Positions 8,719 through 19,208 of a stretch of DNA of 64,000 bases are shown one piece after another. The notes under the pieces were generated by a model. The model had not been told where the DNA came from. It worked only from the letters and a program-made list of their open reading frames with translations, and searched no databases. Each line of letters begins with the position of its first letter. Positions within the stretch are counted from its first letter, which is position 1. The position numbers and the translations under genes were made by a program. This DNA comes from Candidatus Saccharimonadota bacterium (GTDB lineage Bacteria > Patescibacteriota > Saccharimonadia > Saccharimonadales > UBA10212), in contig JACPKF010000001.1 of NCBI GenBank assembly GCA_016187125.1, forward strand, positions 302,178 to 366,177, read 5' to 3'.

Positions 8719-9561
8719 TTACTCGGGTTGCACTACGCCTGACCCACTTTTTTGAATAGTGCTCGCTTTATATATATTGTGCCACTGTTCGAGTGAAAGC
8801 TCTTGGGCTCTTTGCTCGCCACTGATGCCCGCTTCTTTAAGCAAGGCATCAGCTTCTAGCTTGCCAATCCCGAGCCCGCCGCTCAAACTGCTGCGCAATT
8901 TCTTACGCCGCTGCGAAAAACCGGCCTTGACCACCTTCATAAACTCATCCACCTCGTTTGCTACAAGGATAATCCTTGTAGCGGGGAGACGATGAAGAAT
9001 CACAACTTGGGAATCGACTTTTGGTGATGGAGTAAACAGCTCAGCCGGTACAATTTTGCCAAGTTCTGGTCGATAATAAAGCTGGATGCTAACAGCCAGT
9101 AAGCTCATTTGGCCTGGTCCGGCACAGAGACGCTCGGCCACTTCTTTTTGGACTAGCAAAACCATTAGACTTGGTGGATCGACCGATTCAGATAATACCC
9201 GCAGCAAATTACTGGTCAGATAATAAGGGATGTTAGCCACAACTTTGTAGCTACTCGGCAGCCGCCTTAAATCAAACTCCAAAATGTCTCCCGCCACAAC
9301 CTCTAGTTGCAGGGATTGTCCCTGCAAGGCCGAGTCTTGTTGCAAGGCTTGGCCTTGCAAACGCGTGGCGAGAGCTTCATCTTTTTCGACGGCGACAGTT
9401 TTGGCACCGCGCTCCAGCAGTTTTTTCGTTAACGTGCCGGTACCCGGCCCAATTTCCAGGACTGTTTCGCCCGGCTTTAGATTTGCTGCATCACAAATAT
9501 AATTTAGGGTCGGCTCGTCATGTAGCCAATGCTGACCTAGAGATTTTTTAGCTGATTCCAC
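8719..9561 (-). CDS. rsmA: 16S rRNA m6,2A dimethyltransferase with in-frame palindromic inserts
   Basis: KKSLGQHWL, LEIGPGTG, VANIPYY. Confidence 0.95.
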   Translation of the reverse strand: MESAKKSLGQHWLHDEPTLNYICDAANLKPGETVLEIGPGTGTLTKKLLERGAKTVAVEKDEALATRLQGQALQQDSALQGQSLQLEVVAGDILEFDLRRLPSSYKVVANIPYYLTSNLLRVLSESVDPPSLMVLLVQKEVAERLCAGPGQMSLLAVSIQLYYRPELGKIVPAELFTPSPKVDSQVVILHRLPATRIILVANEVDEFMKVVKAGFSQRRKKLRSSLSGGLGIGKLEADALLKEAGISGEQRAQELSLEQWHNIYKASTIQKSGSGVVQPE

Positions 9562-9748
9562 CTCTTCATTCTAAACCACTCATTAATAAAGCCCGGCTTG
9601 CTGCTCACATAGTCTTATTGTCTTTACTTGCTTCCCTCTCAATAATGTTGACTGGGCTGCAGTGTCTTTTGGAAAGGAAAGGTGGTAGGTCGCCTCAGGC
9701 GACCGTTGAAGAAAGATTGAAGGCTGTCATTCAAAAGCGGTAGCGCTT

Positions 9749-10975
9749 TTACCAGTAATGGTGGGACGCCCAAAAGTTATAAGCTCCACTCCAGCCGCCG
9801 TAGCGGCTGGCATAACCGCTACACCAGCGCAGCTGGGTTACCGGGTTGGTGACCCAATCGGCGCCAGCCGAAGCCATCTTGCTGCCTGGTAGTGACTGGC
9901 AAAGGCCGTAGGCTCCGGAGGCGTTTTGGGCAGTGACATGCCAGTTAGATTCCCGGCTAACAATATAGTTGACGAAGCCATAGTCACCGGCCGAAATTCC
10001 CGCTGCCGCCATGACTGATGTTTTATCGCCACTAATATCAATTGTCGAGCCGCGGGCTGTTATCTGGGGTACGGGCGCCTGAATTACAGCTTCTTGAATA
10101 ATCGTTCTAGAGATTTCCGCCCCGCTTGCGTCTGATTGAATAAGATAAGTTACGGCCTTTTTACCGGGAGCACCAGCTTGGCGAATGACTGTAGTGCCAA
10201 AGCTTAGACTTGGATCTTGAACCACTCGTTCTCCAGCCGGTATAGCTTCTTCTAGATTGACAACTTTGGCGTCTTTGCGCAGTACATATACCTGCATATT
10301 GGCTGTGACTGGAGTATTTTGGGCCGGCTGGACGCTTTCGCCGTCCGATAGTTTAACTTGTTTTTCTCTAAGCAGATCACCAACAGTTTTCGCTTGGGTA
10401 TAAGTAGTCAGCTGACCCCCATAAAGATTTAAAAGAATTGGAGTAGCGCGATTAATTATTACTTTCTCGCCGATGACGTTTTCGCTGATGCTGCCTTGGC
10501 TAAAATTAGCAATGTCTTCGGGATGCAGTGCTAAGCCGGCGCCTTGAGCCACTACCCGGGCGCTTCTTTGAGCTGTCAGCGTTACCAATTTATTACCGTT
10601 ATCGACTACCGTAACTGGGCGAGCTCGGTAAACATTAATCCTAAAATTGTCTTCAACAATCGGAGTGCTGCGAGCCGGCTCTATGACATCTTGGTCTATA
10701 AGATTCAGCGACGGTAGTTTGTTAAGTAGGTCGCCGACGGTTTTTTCTTTAGTATCCAGGACCTGCCTATGACTACCCTCAAACAAATAAACTACATGAC
10801 CCTCGCTGGGACGCAAGGTTCGAGTATTTTGCCCAGTCAGCACTACTAGGACAATAAGGAATCCCAGCACTACGCCCAGTAGAGGACCTAAATAGGGACG
10901 TTTTTTAATATGCTGCTCGCCAGCTCCTTTGGCAGTACGGTAGTGTCTTATTAGTCCCTTACGAAGTAATTTCAT
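9749..10975 (-). CDS. DUF348/G5-domain cell-wall protein with C-terminal lytic-transglycosylase-like domain
   Basis: TVGDLL repeats, G5-like region, IVSRESNW...SGAYGLCQ; start MKLL at 10975 preferred. Confidence 0.8.
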   Translation of the reverse strand: MKLLRKGLIRHYRTAKGAGEQHIKKRPYLGPLLGVVLGFLIVLVVLTGQNTRTLRPSEGHVVYLFEGSHRQVLDTKEKTVGDLLNKLPSLNLIDQDVIEPARSTPIVEDNFRINVYRARPVTVVDNGNKLVTLTAQRSARVVAQGAGLALHPEDIANFSQGSISENVIGEKVIINRATPILLNLYGGQLTTYTQAKTVGDLLREKQVKLSDGESVQPAQNTPVTANMQVYVLRKDAKVVNLEEAIPAGERVVQDPSLSFGTTVIRQAGAPGKKAVTYLIQSDASGAEISRTIIQEAVIQAPVPQITARGSTIDISGDKTSVMAAAGISAGDYGFVNYIVSRESNWHVTAQNASGAYGLCQSLPGSKMASAGADWVTNPVTQLRWCSGYASRYGGWSGAYNFWASHHYW

Positions 10976-11080
10976 CCCGTTAGACCTCAAAAAACCTACA
11001 ATGATTATTGACACGTCGAAGTAAGATCACGTGTTCGGTCGTCAACCAAGGTACGGAAGTTAAGTGAGGTCTAACGGGAT
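10974..11080. mobile_element. MITE/REPIN-like element with ATCCCGTTAGA terminal inverted repeats, copy A
   Basis: ATCCCGTTAGACCTC...GAGGTCTAACGGGAT; interior homologous (inverted) to 39472-39578. Confidence 0.8.
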
Positions 11081-11093
11081 TCATCAAAAGTTA

Positions 11094-13253
11094 TTATAGC
11101 TTCTCAAGTGGTGCGAAAGCGATGTTAAGTCTTTTGGTACCTTTCCCCTTAAAGAAGATGGTGGCCGTTTCGCCCTGAAGCTCCAGCACAGTTCCCAGGC
11201 CAAAAATCTGATGTTTGACGCCGTCGCCTTCGGCCAGTTCTGGTACATATCGCACCGATTCTACCCCTGCTTGGCCAAAAAGACTTGTCGAGTCATCATC
11301 TATTACAAGCCCGGATATATCGGCCAGAAAGCGGCTAGGCGGATTGGACATTGGCCCGCCGTACAGCAGGCGTTGGTTGGCATAAGTCAGATAAAGTTCC
11401 TCGCGGGCCCGAGTCATGCCAACATACATCAGTCGCCGTTCTTCTTCCATTTCGGCTTTGTCATAAAGCGCCCGAGAGTGGGGCAAAAGACTTTCTTCCA
11501 ATCCGACTATAAAAACCACCGGGAATTCCAGGCCTTTGGCGGAATGCAGCGTCATAAGTGTGACGCCGTCTCCTTGTGATTTTTTCATAGCTTCCGACTG
11601 GCTAGTATTTACATCATCTACATCACTCACCAGAGCTACCTCTTCCAGAAAATCCGCCAGTCCTCCATCCCGATATTGCTTGGCTACGCCAAGAAGCTCT
11701 TTGACGTTTTCGATTCTGGCCTCCCCTTGGGGCGTACCATCAGTCAAAAAGTGCAGATAATCCAGTCGGCGGATAAGCCGGTCAATCAGTTCGGCCGCAG
11801 TCAGTAAATCTAGCTGCTTATTAAAACTACTGATAATATCGGCCAGCTCAGCCAGGCCTTTTTTGGCTTTTTGATTCAGCTGCGAAAGCTGCTGTACTTT
11901 TTGTAAAGCTTCCAGCAATCCATGTCTATGCTGCGTGCGCCATAAACTAAAAAGCTCCATTGACCTAGTTCCAATACCACGGGGCGGCACATTAACAATC
12001 CTTTGAAAACTGGCTATATCTTCCGGCTGATAAATTAGCCGCAGATACGCCAAGACGTCTTTAACTTCTTTACGCTCATAAAAACGCACACCGCCAATAA
12101 TCCGGTAAGGAATACCCATACCAATAAAGACCTCCTCAATGGCCCGGCTTTGAGCGTTAGTCCTATACAAAACAGCAAAGTCCCCAAAAGCTCTGGTTCC
12201 CATATCTACATTGTTTCGAATATGACGTACAATTGCCTCGCCTTCGGCCCGTTCGCTGCTAACTTGCAATGATTTTACCGGCTGGCCGCTGTCGGCGGCC
12301 GTCCAAAGTTTCTTTTTACTGCGCTGAGCGTTTTGAGCTATAACTTGGTGAGAAGCGTCTAATATGTTTTTGGTGCTGCGATAATTTTGCTCGAGCTTAA
12401 TAACACTGCAGCCCTTAAAATCACGTTCAAAATTTAAAATATTGCGAAAGTCGGCGCCGCGCCAAGAATAAATACTTTGCCAGTCGTCACCGACTACGGC
12501 GATGTTATTATGTGAGCCAGTCAGCAGCTTAACCAGTTGATACTGCGCCGAATTAGTATCTTGGTACTCATCCACCATGACGTATTTAAACTGTCGTTGC
12601 CATTTTTCTCTAACTTCTTTTTGAGTTTTTAAGAGTTTAACGCTGCGGCCAATCAGATCATCAAAGTCTAGAGCCTTAGCCTCCGCCAACATTGCCTGAT
12701 AAAGCACAAAGACTTTGGCCGCCACGGCGCCGGCCGGGCTGCTAGCCACAGCCGCAAATTCTTCAGGGGTTACCATCTCGTTTTTGGCGCTACTAATCAT
12801 GGATGCCAGAAGCCGAGCTGGAAATTTTTTCTCGTCAATTTGCAGCTTGCGGCTGGCTTGTTTAACTGCCGCTAGTCGGTCGCCCTCATCCCAAATAACA
12901 AAATTCCGCGGGATGCCTACCACCTCACCGTCCTGACGCAACAGTCTTACACAGATGGAGTGGAAAGTACCCAAAAATGGCATCAGGGAGCGGTTTTCGG
13001 GATTTTGTCCTAAAAGACCTGCCACCCGGCGGCGCATTTCGCCAGCGGCTTTATTGGTAAAGGTCACCGCCAGAATGTTAAACGGCGTAGCTTTACCACT
13101 CGTCAATAAATAGGCCATGCGATGAGTCAGAGTTTTGGTCTTGCCGCTGCCAGCGCCGGCCAAAATCAGCAGTGGACCCTCGGTTGTCTTAACCGCCCGC
13201 TGCTGCTCCGGATTCAGCCCTCTTAATAAATCTTTAGACACGTGTGTGTCCAT
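11094..13253 (-). CDS. pcrA: PcrA/UvrD DNA helicase
   Basis: AGAGSGKT, DEYQD, TLHSAKGLEF, EERRLMYVGMTRA. Confidence 0.95.
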   Translation of the reverse strand: MDTHVSKDLLRGLNPEQQRAVKTTEGPLLILAGAGSGKTKTLTHRMAYLLTSGKATPFNILAVTFTNKAAGEMRRRVAGLLGQNPENRSLMPFLGTFHSICVRLLRQDGEVVGIPRNFVIWDEGDRLAAVKQASRKLQIDEKKFPARLLASMISSAKNEMVTPEEFAAVASSPAGAVAAKVFVLYQAMLAEAKALDFDDLIGRSVKLLKTQKEVREKWQRQFKYVMVDEYQDTNSAQYQLVKLLTGSHNNIAVVGDDWQSIYSWRGADFRNILNFERDFKGCSVIKLEQNYRSTKNILDASHQVIAQNAQRSKKKLWTAADSGQPVKSLQVSSERAEGEAIVRHIRNNVDMGTRAFGDFAVLYRTNAQSRAIEEVFIGMGIPYRIIGGVRFYERKEVKDVLAYLRLIYQPEDIASFQRIVNVPPRGIGTRSMELFSLWRTQHRHGLLEALQKVQQLSQLNQKAKKGLAELADIISSFNKQLDLLTAAELIDRLIRRLDYLHFLTDGTPQGEARIENVKELLGVAKQYRDGGLADFLEEVALVSDVDDVNTSQSEAMKKSQGDGVTLMTLHSAKGLEFPVVFIVGLEESLLPHSRALYDKAEMEEERRLMYVGMTRAREELYLTYANQRLLYGGPMSNPPSRFLADISGLVIDDDSTSLFGQAGVESVRYVPELAEGDGVKHQIFGLGTVLELQGETATIFFKGKGTKRLNIAFAPLEKL

Positions 13254-13288
13254 TTTAACAGAGCGCAGGGATTATAATTCGTCAGGCT

Positions 13289-14032
13289 TTAAATATTTTG
13301 GTAGGTACTTGGAATTTTTTTCAAAACTTCCACTGATTGCCGATTTTTATCTATAAATTTGAGTCCTGGGTATTCTTTCAGAGAAGTTTGAATGATAAGA
13401 ATAGTATAGTAGTTAGAATAGTTAGAATCCTCTGAACACACTTCTGCGCGACAAATTTTGGGAATTAATATAGCTTGATCGGATATCGGTATAATCTCTT
13501 CTTTAATTGGCTCGTATGGACACTCTGCCTGCCCAGAAGCCTTATAATCACCTGCCTCATTTACTTTTATTGAGCTTGTAAATGACAGGCCATATCCGCT
13601 GCCAATTTTACAAAAGCTAACTATATCAAACGCTGCTCCTCCTCTTGGAGCCGGTACAAAATTTACTGAGTGGAGGTAGGCTTCAACTTTGTCATTGCCT
13701 GAAAATATTAGATTCACCGAGAGAGTACCATCCACTTTTGAGGACCTGCCGTAAGAATATAAGGAGTAGCCTGGTATTTTATTCACCGATACACTTCCCC
13801 ATTCTTTTGGATAAGCGAACTTAAAACCAAGCTCTTTGTTTTCGTACGAAGTCCAGCCGGCTGGAATCTGCGTATTAGTATTGCTCTTAGAAGTATTTTC
13901 GGTTTTAGTTGCTGACTTGTTTCTATGTCCTACGTACCAACCCGTGCCAGCTATCAGTCCGGCTACAACGATCAATACTACAAACGCTGTGGCGGATATA
14001 AAGCCGTTTGAGCGATCTTTATTGATGATCAT
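13289..14032 (-). CDS. Exported hypothetical protein with prepilin-like N-terminus
   Basis: KDRSNG|FISA followed by a hydrophobic helix. Confidence 0.65.
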   Translation of the reverse strand: MIINKDRSNGFISATAFVVLIVVAGLIAGTGWYVGHRNKSATKTENTSKSNTNTQIPAGWTSYENKELGFKFAYPKEWGSVSVNKIPGYSLYSYGRSSKVDGTLSVNLIFSGNDKVEAYLHSVNFVPAPRGGAAFDIVSFCKIGSGYGLSFTSSIKVNEAGDYKASGQAECPYEPIKEEIIPISDQAILIPKICRAEVCSEDSNYSNYYTILIIQTSLKEYPGLKFIDKNRQSVEVLKKIPSTYQNI

Positions 14033-14128
14033 AAATCAAGTGTAGCAGATTAAGGTGTTGGACTGCCTATTTTAAGAGCCTAACTTATCCCTGGCAGGAG
14101 TCCCAGTTCTGTGATGATTTGTGATAGT

Positions 14129-14153
14129 TTGTGATAGGTTAAACCTATCACAA
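14129..14153. repeat. REP palindrome of the RAYT-2 type
   Basis: TTGTGATAGG-TTAAA-CCTATCACAA, matching the flanks of 23049-23669. Confidence 0.9.
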
Positions 14154-14184
14154 TCTTACCATCACGATCTTAGTCTTCACTGCC

Positions 14185-15426
14185 TTACTGCCCGATGCTG
14201 GAAGATTGGATACTGCCAAGTAGAGTTTTTATCAGCTCGGCGTTTTTGGTAGTTGCGTCGCGAACGCGGACCACCACCAGGTTTTTATCTTTTAGATTTT
14301 TGGTATAAAGGTCGCCAAAAATTTTGCCATCGGTAGTCTTAGTTCCCAGTTGGACAATCGTATCACTGTCGAGCTTGATTACGCCGAGCAGCGGGCCTTG
14401 GTCGCAGGTTATGGTAGCTGGGGTGTCAACACCGCTGGCGGTGTTATAGCGCAGCACCGACTGGTAATAATTGCCGTCGTTAGTGCCGATGCACCATCCA
14501 AGCAGATCATAATATTGAGCGCCTCGGGCCGCCGGCAAGTATTTTGACGAAGTAAAGGCCATTTGCACGTCTTTGTTGCCCGGGAAGTCGACTATATAGG
14601 CGAACTTACCGTCAGAGACATTGGTGCCGCCCCGTTTACTGAAGCCCGGGTCGGGCGCAGCTGTCGGCGCGCCCCACGGCGTTGGCGAAGCGAAGGAAAG
14701 GTTAGTTCCGGCTAAATTATATTTGCTAAAGCCAGACGGTACTACCGGTGTGGAATTATTTGTTGCCGGTGCTGTGGATATTGCGCTTTGTTTGTCCTGC
14801 TTAAAAACATGAAGTGGCAAATTAATACTACCCGGCAGTAAACCGGAGTCTAACGCCAAATATAATCCGATGATTACAACTAGCGGTATCATCAGCCACC
14901 AAAGATGAAACCGGTTATTAGAATCTTTGCCGGCAGGCAAATCCAAGGGAGTATCGTCGCGAGCCATGACTTCTCGGCTGCTAGATTTCGGGCTGCTATC
15001 TAGCGCGTCTTCATCTACCAAACTTCCGGCTGGTATATTCGAGGCTATACCGGTTAGGGAAGATATTGGCATATAAGGCGGCTGTTTGCGGTTAGGTTTT
15101 GAGGCAGAGCTGGAACTACCGACTTCAAACGGTGGCGATTGCAAAGGTTCGCCTTCCATGACCGCTACTGGACCAAGGGGTTCTGACTCAGTCAAGCTAT
15201 CGGCGCTAAGAGCGGAGCCGGAAAGATTATTTGGGTGGACGATATTTTTGGATTCAACATGTTCGCTCTTAGCAGCAGCTGATCTAAATTTTCTAAACAT
15301 GGGGTCTGGCATAGTTGGGTGATGGCCAATGATTACCGGTCTAGAGTTAGGACTAGCTCCCACCTTATTCGGTTTGCTAACATCAAAAACTGTGTTGTCT
15401 TCAGGCATTATTTCCCTCCTCTTCAA
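14185..15426 (-). CDS. Membrane-anchored hypothetical protein
   Basis: Disordered N-terminus, single TM helix, extracellular domain. Confidence 0.7.
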   Translation of the reverse strand: MKRREIMPEDNTVFDVSKPNKVGASPNSRPVIIGHHPTMPDPMFRKFRSAAAKSEHVESKNIVHPNNLSGSALSADSLTESEPLGPVAVMEGEPLQSPPFEVGSSSSASKPNRKQPPYMPISSLTGIASNIPAGSLVDEDALDSSPKSSSREVMARDDTPLDLPAGKDSNNRFHLWWLMIPLVVIIGLYLALDSGLLPGSINLPLHVFKQDKQSAISTAPATNNSTPVVPSGFSKYNLAGTNLSFASPTPWGAPTAAPDPGFSKRGGTNVSDGKFAYIVDFPGNKDVQMAFTSSKYLPAARGAQYYDLLGWCIGTNDGNYYQSVLRYNTASGVDTPATITCDQGPLLGVIKLDSDTIVQLGTKTTDGKIFGDLYTKNLKDKNLVVVRVRDATTKNAELIKTLLGSIQSSSIGQ

Positions 15427-16222
15427 AATTACGCTGCGAGGTACCGTCTGGTACCCCGCGCTGCCAGCGCCGGGCGGCCTCGACTATAGATGCAAAGCTG
15501 TGATAATTCAGACTCTGGCGGCCGACTAAAAAGCCATCAATACCTGTCTCGCTTAACATGCCAGCCACCATTTCCGGCTCCACACTAGCGCCATACAAAA
15601 CTCTCATTTGCTTAACGGCAGCTTTGCTAAAAACATCACTTACATAACTCCTAATATAGTCAACCGCTACCCTAACTTGATCGGGTTTAGCTGCCACATT
15701 GCCGGCGCCTATAGCCCATATCGGTTCGTAAGCCACAACTACGTAACGCACTTCATGGGCCGTTAAATTAGACAAGCCGCTCATCAGCTGATCGTGCAAT
15801 ACTTGCTTGGTTTCGCCTTCGTCCCGCTCCGACTTAGTTTCGCCAACACACAAAATTGGGGCGATGTCATTGCGGACAGCGGCTGCCACTTTATCTCTTA
15901 CCATGTCCAGGTCCTCGTGAAAAATATGGCGTCGTTCACTATGACCAACAATCACGTAGTGGACCAGCTCACGCAGCATAGTAAAGCTAACCTCACCGGT
16001 ATAGGCGCCTTCGTCGCGAAAGTAGGCGTTTTGAGCAGCCAAGCGGAATTTTCGCCTATCTATTTGGACACTTAACGGTTGCAGAGTCAACATACTCGGC
16101 GCCAGCACTACTTCGATGTCACGATAAATTTTTATCCGCTCCTGAAGTCGATGCACCAGCAAACTGGCCTGCGAGGCGTTCAGATACATTTTCCAATTTC
16201 CTACGATCAAAAGTTTTCTCAT
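15401..16222 (-). CDS. tpiA: Triosephosphate isomerase
   Basis: GNWKM, GHSERR, AYEPIWAIG. Confidence 0.97.
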   Translation of the reverse strand: MRKLLIVGNWKMYLNASQASLLVHRLQERIKIYRDIEVVLAPSMLTLQPLSVQIDRRKFRLAAQNAYFRDEGAYTGEVSFTMLRELVHYVIVGHSERRHIFHEDLDMVRDKVAAAVRNDIAPILCVGETKSERDEGETKQVLHDQLMSGLSNLTAHEVRYVVVAYEPIWAIGAGNVAAKPDQVRVAVDYIRSYVSDVFSKAAVKQMRVLYGASVEPEMVAGMLSETGIDGFLVGRQSLNYHSFASIVEAARRWQRGVPDGTSQRNFEEEGNNA

Positions 16223-16351
16223 TCCACCCTTGTTACCTTAAGCATTATTGTACATGAGGTCCGTCCTTGGTAAAAGCAAAGAGTTTTTTAATAAAAACTA
16301 CTAAGTTTTACCTATCTTTTACCAAGGACGGACCTCTAATCAAACGCCACT

Positions 16352-17653
16352 TTACTTATCCAAAAGCGCCTCTATACCTGGAAGCTTTTTACCAGCCATG
16401 AGGTCCAGACTGGCGCTTCCCCCGGTTGACACATGATTAAAATCGTCTAGCCAGCCCTCCGAGGATATATATCTGACGCTGTCACCGCCGCCAACCACAC
16501 TAAAAGGCTTGTTTTTATGACTATTACTCTGCCCAATCATGGCTTCGGCCACAGTTTTTGAACCATGAGCAAAGGGGTCTGCCCCGCCGGCAATACCTTT
16601 AGTTTCGGTAACGCCGCAAGTACCGGCCCAAACGACTGTGCGAGCAATTTTAATAGCGCCAACGATCTCGGCAGCACTAATCGGACCAATGTCCAAAATT
16701 AGTTCATCGGCTCGGACGCTGTAAGAATCCGGTTTGGGCAGTTTTGGATAAGCCTCGATGTCAGCTAAGCTATGACTGGCAATATCAACGATGCGGGTCG
16801 GGCTCCGCCCGTCGAGGCTTTTAGAAACTACGACGTCAACTGGTACCAAAAAATTAAACGGCCTTTTTTGTTCTTCAGCCTGAGCCCGGTGCCAAATCTC
16901 GCTAGCCTCGGCACCGGCATCCGGATCAATCAGACTTTTACCAATTCTAACTCCTTGACCGGCCAAAAAATTATTAGCCAAAGCTCCCGTAACCGCCACG
17001 CAATCGGCCAGCTCAATAAATTTATTCAGCACATCTATTTTGTCGCTGATTTTAGCGCCGCCGACTACCGCCACCAAAGGACGAGCCGGCTTATTCATGA
17101 CTCCGACAATAGTCTCAACTTCTTTTTCCAGTAGTAAGCCACCGACCGAGGGCAGAATTTTAGTAATGGCCTGGGTTGAAGCATGGGCCCGATGGACTAC
17201 ACCAAAACCGTCCTGCACAAAAATTTCAGCGCTCGTAGCGGCTACGATGGCTTTGGCAAAATCCGGGTCGTTGGTTTCCTCGCCGGCGCGAAAACGCAGA
17301 TTTTCTAATAGCAATATTCCGTCGCTACTTAGTTTTGCGACGAGTTCTTTAACAGCATCACCTGTGCACTGGGGCGCAAAGCCAACAGGGCGTCCTAGCA
17401 GTTGCGCCAAACGTTTAGCCACCGGGGACAGGCTAAGCGCTTTATCGGGTTTGCCTTTTGGCCGTCCTAGGTGCGCAATAATTATCAGGCTGGCTGGACC
17501 ATTTTTTAAGATGTACTCAATAGTCGGCAAAGACTGGCGGATCCGGTAGTCATCGGCTATCTTGCCATCTACTAGTGGCACGTTATAGTCAGTCCGCAGC
17601 AGCACTCGCTTGCCGGATAAATTGATATCTTTGACAGTTTTAAACATCCCCAC
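16352..17653 (-). CDS. pgk: Phosphoglycerate kinase
   Basis: RTDYNVP, LLENLRF, GGAKISDK, STGGSASL. Confidence 0.97.
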   Translation of the reverse strand: MGMFKTVKDINLSGKRVLLRTDYNVPLVDGKIADDYRIRQSLPTIEYILKNGPASLIIIAHLGRPKGKPDKALSLSPVAKRLAQLLGRPVGFAPQCTGDAVKELVAKLSSDGILLLENLRFRAGEETNDPDFAKAIVAATSAEIFVQDGFGVVHRAHASTQAITKILPSVGGLLLEKEVETIVGVMNKPARPLVAVVGGAKISDKIDVLNKFIELADCVAVTGALANNFLAGQGVRIGKSLIDPDAGAEASEIWHRAQAEEQKRPFNFLVPVDVVVSKSLDGRSPTRIVDIASHSLADIEAYPKLPKPDSYSVRADELILDIGPISAAEIVGAIKIARTVVWAGTCGVTETKGIAGGADPFAHGSKTVAEAMIGQSNSHKNKPFSVVGGGDSVRYISSEGWLDDFNHVSTGGSASLDLMAGKKLPGIEALLDK

Positions 17654-17815
17654 CCTCAGGCATTACTTGGTAGTAGTTCTCATTACTGTTTAGTTTATCA
17701 TCGCCGCTTCCTCAAAAAAACTTGGGTTTAACCAAAGAGCAGAAATGCCCTTTTGCTCCAAGGCGCTTGTCGTTATACTATCAATGTATTAAATGTATTA
17801 AAGAAAGGAGAAATT

Positions 17816-18040
17816 ATGGACGGACAAGACGACAAGCCAATGGGCCCGCCAGCACCGGCACCAATGCCTGGTGGCGACAACCCACCGACAACTCCACCGG
17901 CACCAATGCCTGGTGGTGGAGATCAGGGTGACGACACGGGCGGTATGCCTGGAATGCCCCCCAAAGAAGATGGCGGCATGGGCGAAACACCTCCCCCCAG
18001 CGGCAACGAGCCGCCAATGCAGCCACCCACCTCAATGTAA
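17816..18040 (+). CDS. Small Pro/Gly/Met-rich low-complexity protein
   Basis: GAAAGGAG Shine-Dalgarno before ATG 17816; duplicated PAPMPGG. Confidence 0.6.
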   Translation: MDGQDDKPMGPPAPAPMPGGDNPPTTPPAPMPGGGDQGDDTGGMPGMPPKEDGGMGETPPPSGNEPPMQPPTSM

Positions 18041-18432
18041 AACTCCGCGGGCTTGCCAACCAGGGCTTTTGAAATCCATGGTGATCCCTGGCAGAATTCG
18101 ACCCACGCGTCAAAAACCTTGGGTTTTTGCGTTCGGGCCCGGCTTACGGTTTACTTAGTTTATGGAGCCCCCACGGCTGAAAGCCGTGGCACCTCCAATT
18201 ACCCTCCTTCGTCCGCCGGCTGGCGGACTACGGAAGGTTATCCGCCAGCCCTCAACCAGTTGATAGACTTTCCTTAGCGACATCCGCTCAAAGCCTAAGA
18301 CCGCGCATTCAACCACGGCTAAAGCCGTGGTCCTCTGCGAAGGCGGATAAACATCGCTCCGGCTGTTCGATACCCTTAGTAGCTACTAGCGAATTCAAAA
18401 AGCCCACCTCAACGGTGAACTTATCGAATGTG

Positions 18433-18508
18433 TGGTGACCCCAAGGGGAATCGAACCCCTGTTGCCAGGATGAAAACCTGGTGTCCTAGGCCACTAGACG
18501 ATGGGGCC
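18433..18508 (-). tRNA. tRNA-Glu(TTC)
   Basis: GGCCCCATCGTCTAGTGG...anticodon TTC...GGGGTCACCA. Confidence 0.95.
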
Positions 18509-18578
18509 GTCTTGCGACTATTTTATCCTATCATAAGGAGTTGACACCTGTCTGCTACAAGGATTATCCTTGTAGCAG

Positions 18579-19208
18579 ATGCCGCTAAAAAATGTCGTTA
18601 AGGAGTTTGTGGCTGAAAGCTACTACCATGTTTACAATCGTGGTGTCTATAAACAGAATATTTTTACCCAGGAAAGAGACTATACTGCCTTTTTAAGTCT
18701 TCCTAAACGACATCTATCTAGAGAACCAGCTCAAGATCACACTAGGCGACCACTCCCTCATTTACGTAATGATGTGGAATTATTAGCATATTGCCTAATG
18801 CCAAGCCACTTTCATCTCCTTATATACAACAAAAAAGAGTCTGGTCTGACCGACCTGATGAGAAGCATGATGACAGCCTATAGCAGATACTTTAACAAAA
18901 CCCATAAACGAAAAGGCGCCCTGTTTGAGTCGTCATATAAGGCTAGCTTGATTGATAATGAAGCTTACCTATGGCATATCAGCCGTTATATTCACCTTAA
19001 TCCTCAAGACCTAGGCTCCAAATATATTTCTTACCCCTACTCTAGTTATGCTTATTACATGGGTAATAAAAAAGCCGAATGGATTAACCCAGAAAGAATA
19101 TTAAAGATGCATGGCGACGAATTGAGTGATTATGCGAGTTTTGTAAAGGATTACGAATCAATGCGCGCTGAGCTCCAGCAACTTAAACTTTATCTAGCAG
19201 ACCACTAG
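18579..19208 (+). mobile_element. REP-associated tyrosine (HUH/Y1) transposase, RAYT-1, with flanking REPs
   Basis: YYHVYNRG, AYCLMPSHFHL, SRYIHLNP; GCTACAAGG-ATTAT-CCTTGTAGC at 18551-18579 and 19209-19235. Confidence 0.9.
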
